A stretch of DNA of 63,146 bases, counting the filler, from Octopus bimaculoides (lineage: Eukaryota): NCBI RefSeq assembly GCF_001194135.2. It is 5 parts of 5 records of this genome, joined end to end, with 100 filler letters (N's around TTAATTAATTAA, not from the genome) between each part and the next. Parts side by side here need not be neighbours in the genome. Positions count along the whole stretch, not along the records: positions 46,046 to 63,146 come from NC_068992.1; 4 more parts are not named here. One strand, written 5' to 3'. The translations under genes and the position numbers were made by a program. Of this stretch, positions 63,041-63,146 are shown one piece after another. The notes beneath the pieces are model-generated. The model searched no databases. It had not been told where the DNA came from and saw nothing but the letters and a program-made list of their open reading frames with translations. The number at the start of each line of letters is the position of its first letter. The first letter of the stretch is position 1.

Positions 63041-63146
63041 CGAGAAAGAAATACGCACACACAGACACACACATATGGATAGATAGATATACCCATTCAC
63101 ACATACATACATACATACGTGTATATATATATATATATATATATAT

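Overview
Repeat-rich, heavily gapped animal genomic DNA. The SINE families, microsatellite load and 100-bp gaps containing TTAATTAATTAA suggest an Octopus draft assembly; this is an inference, not a database match. Two spliced + strand genes are reconstructable from splice sites and reading phase. (1) Six consecutive fibronectin-III exons of a contactin-type neural adhesion gene (25469-36359); its upstream Ig exons and terminal exon are not visible. (2) A modular gene with Cys-rich ShKT-like, EGF-like and F-type-lectin (FTP) modules (seven exons, 51495-61097), incomplete at both ends. Most of the remainder is mobile DNA: Penelope-like elements with hammerhead-ribozyme motifs, a Gmr1-type Ty3/Gypsy fragment (integrase upstream of RT), RTE and R4/Dong-like LINE fragments, a Helitron, three mariner relics, hAT- and piggyBac-type MITEs, and many tRNA-derived SINEs. 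There is also a 3'-truncated 7SL (SRP RNA) copy, two long near-perfect hairpins, and a fold-back element with a retroposon-like tail at each end. Nearly all ORFs in the supplied track are artefacts of N gaps or microsatellites. No CRISPR array, rRNA or genuine tRNA gene is supported.
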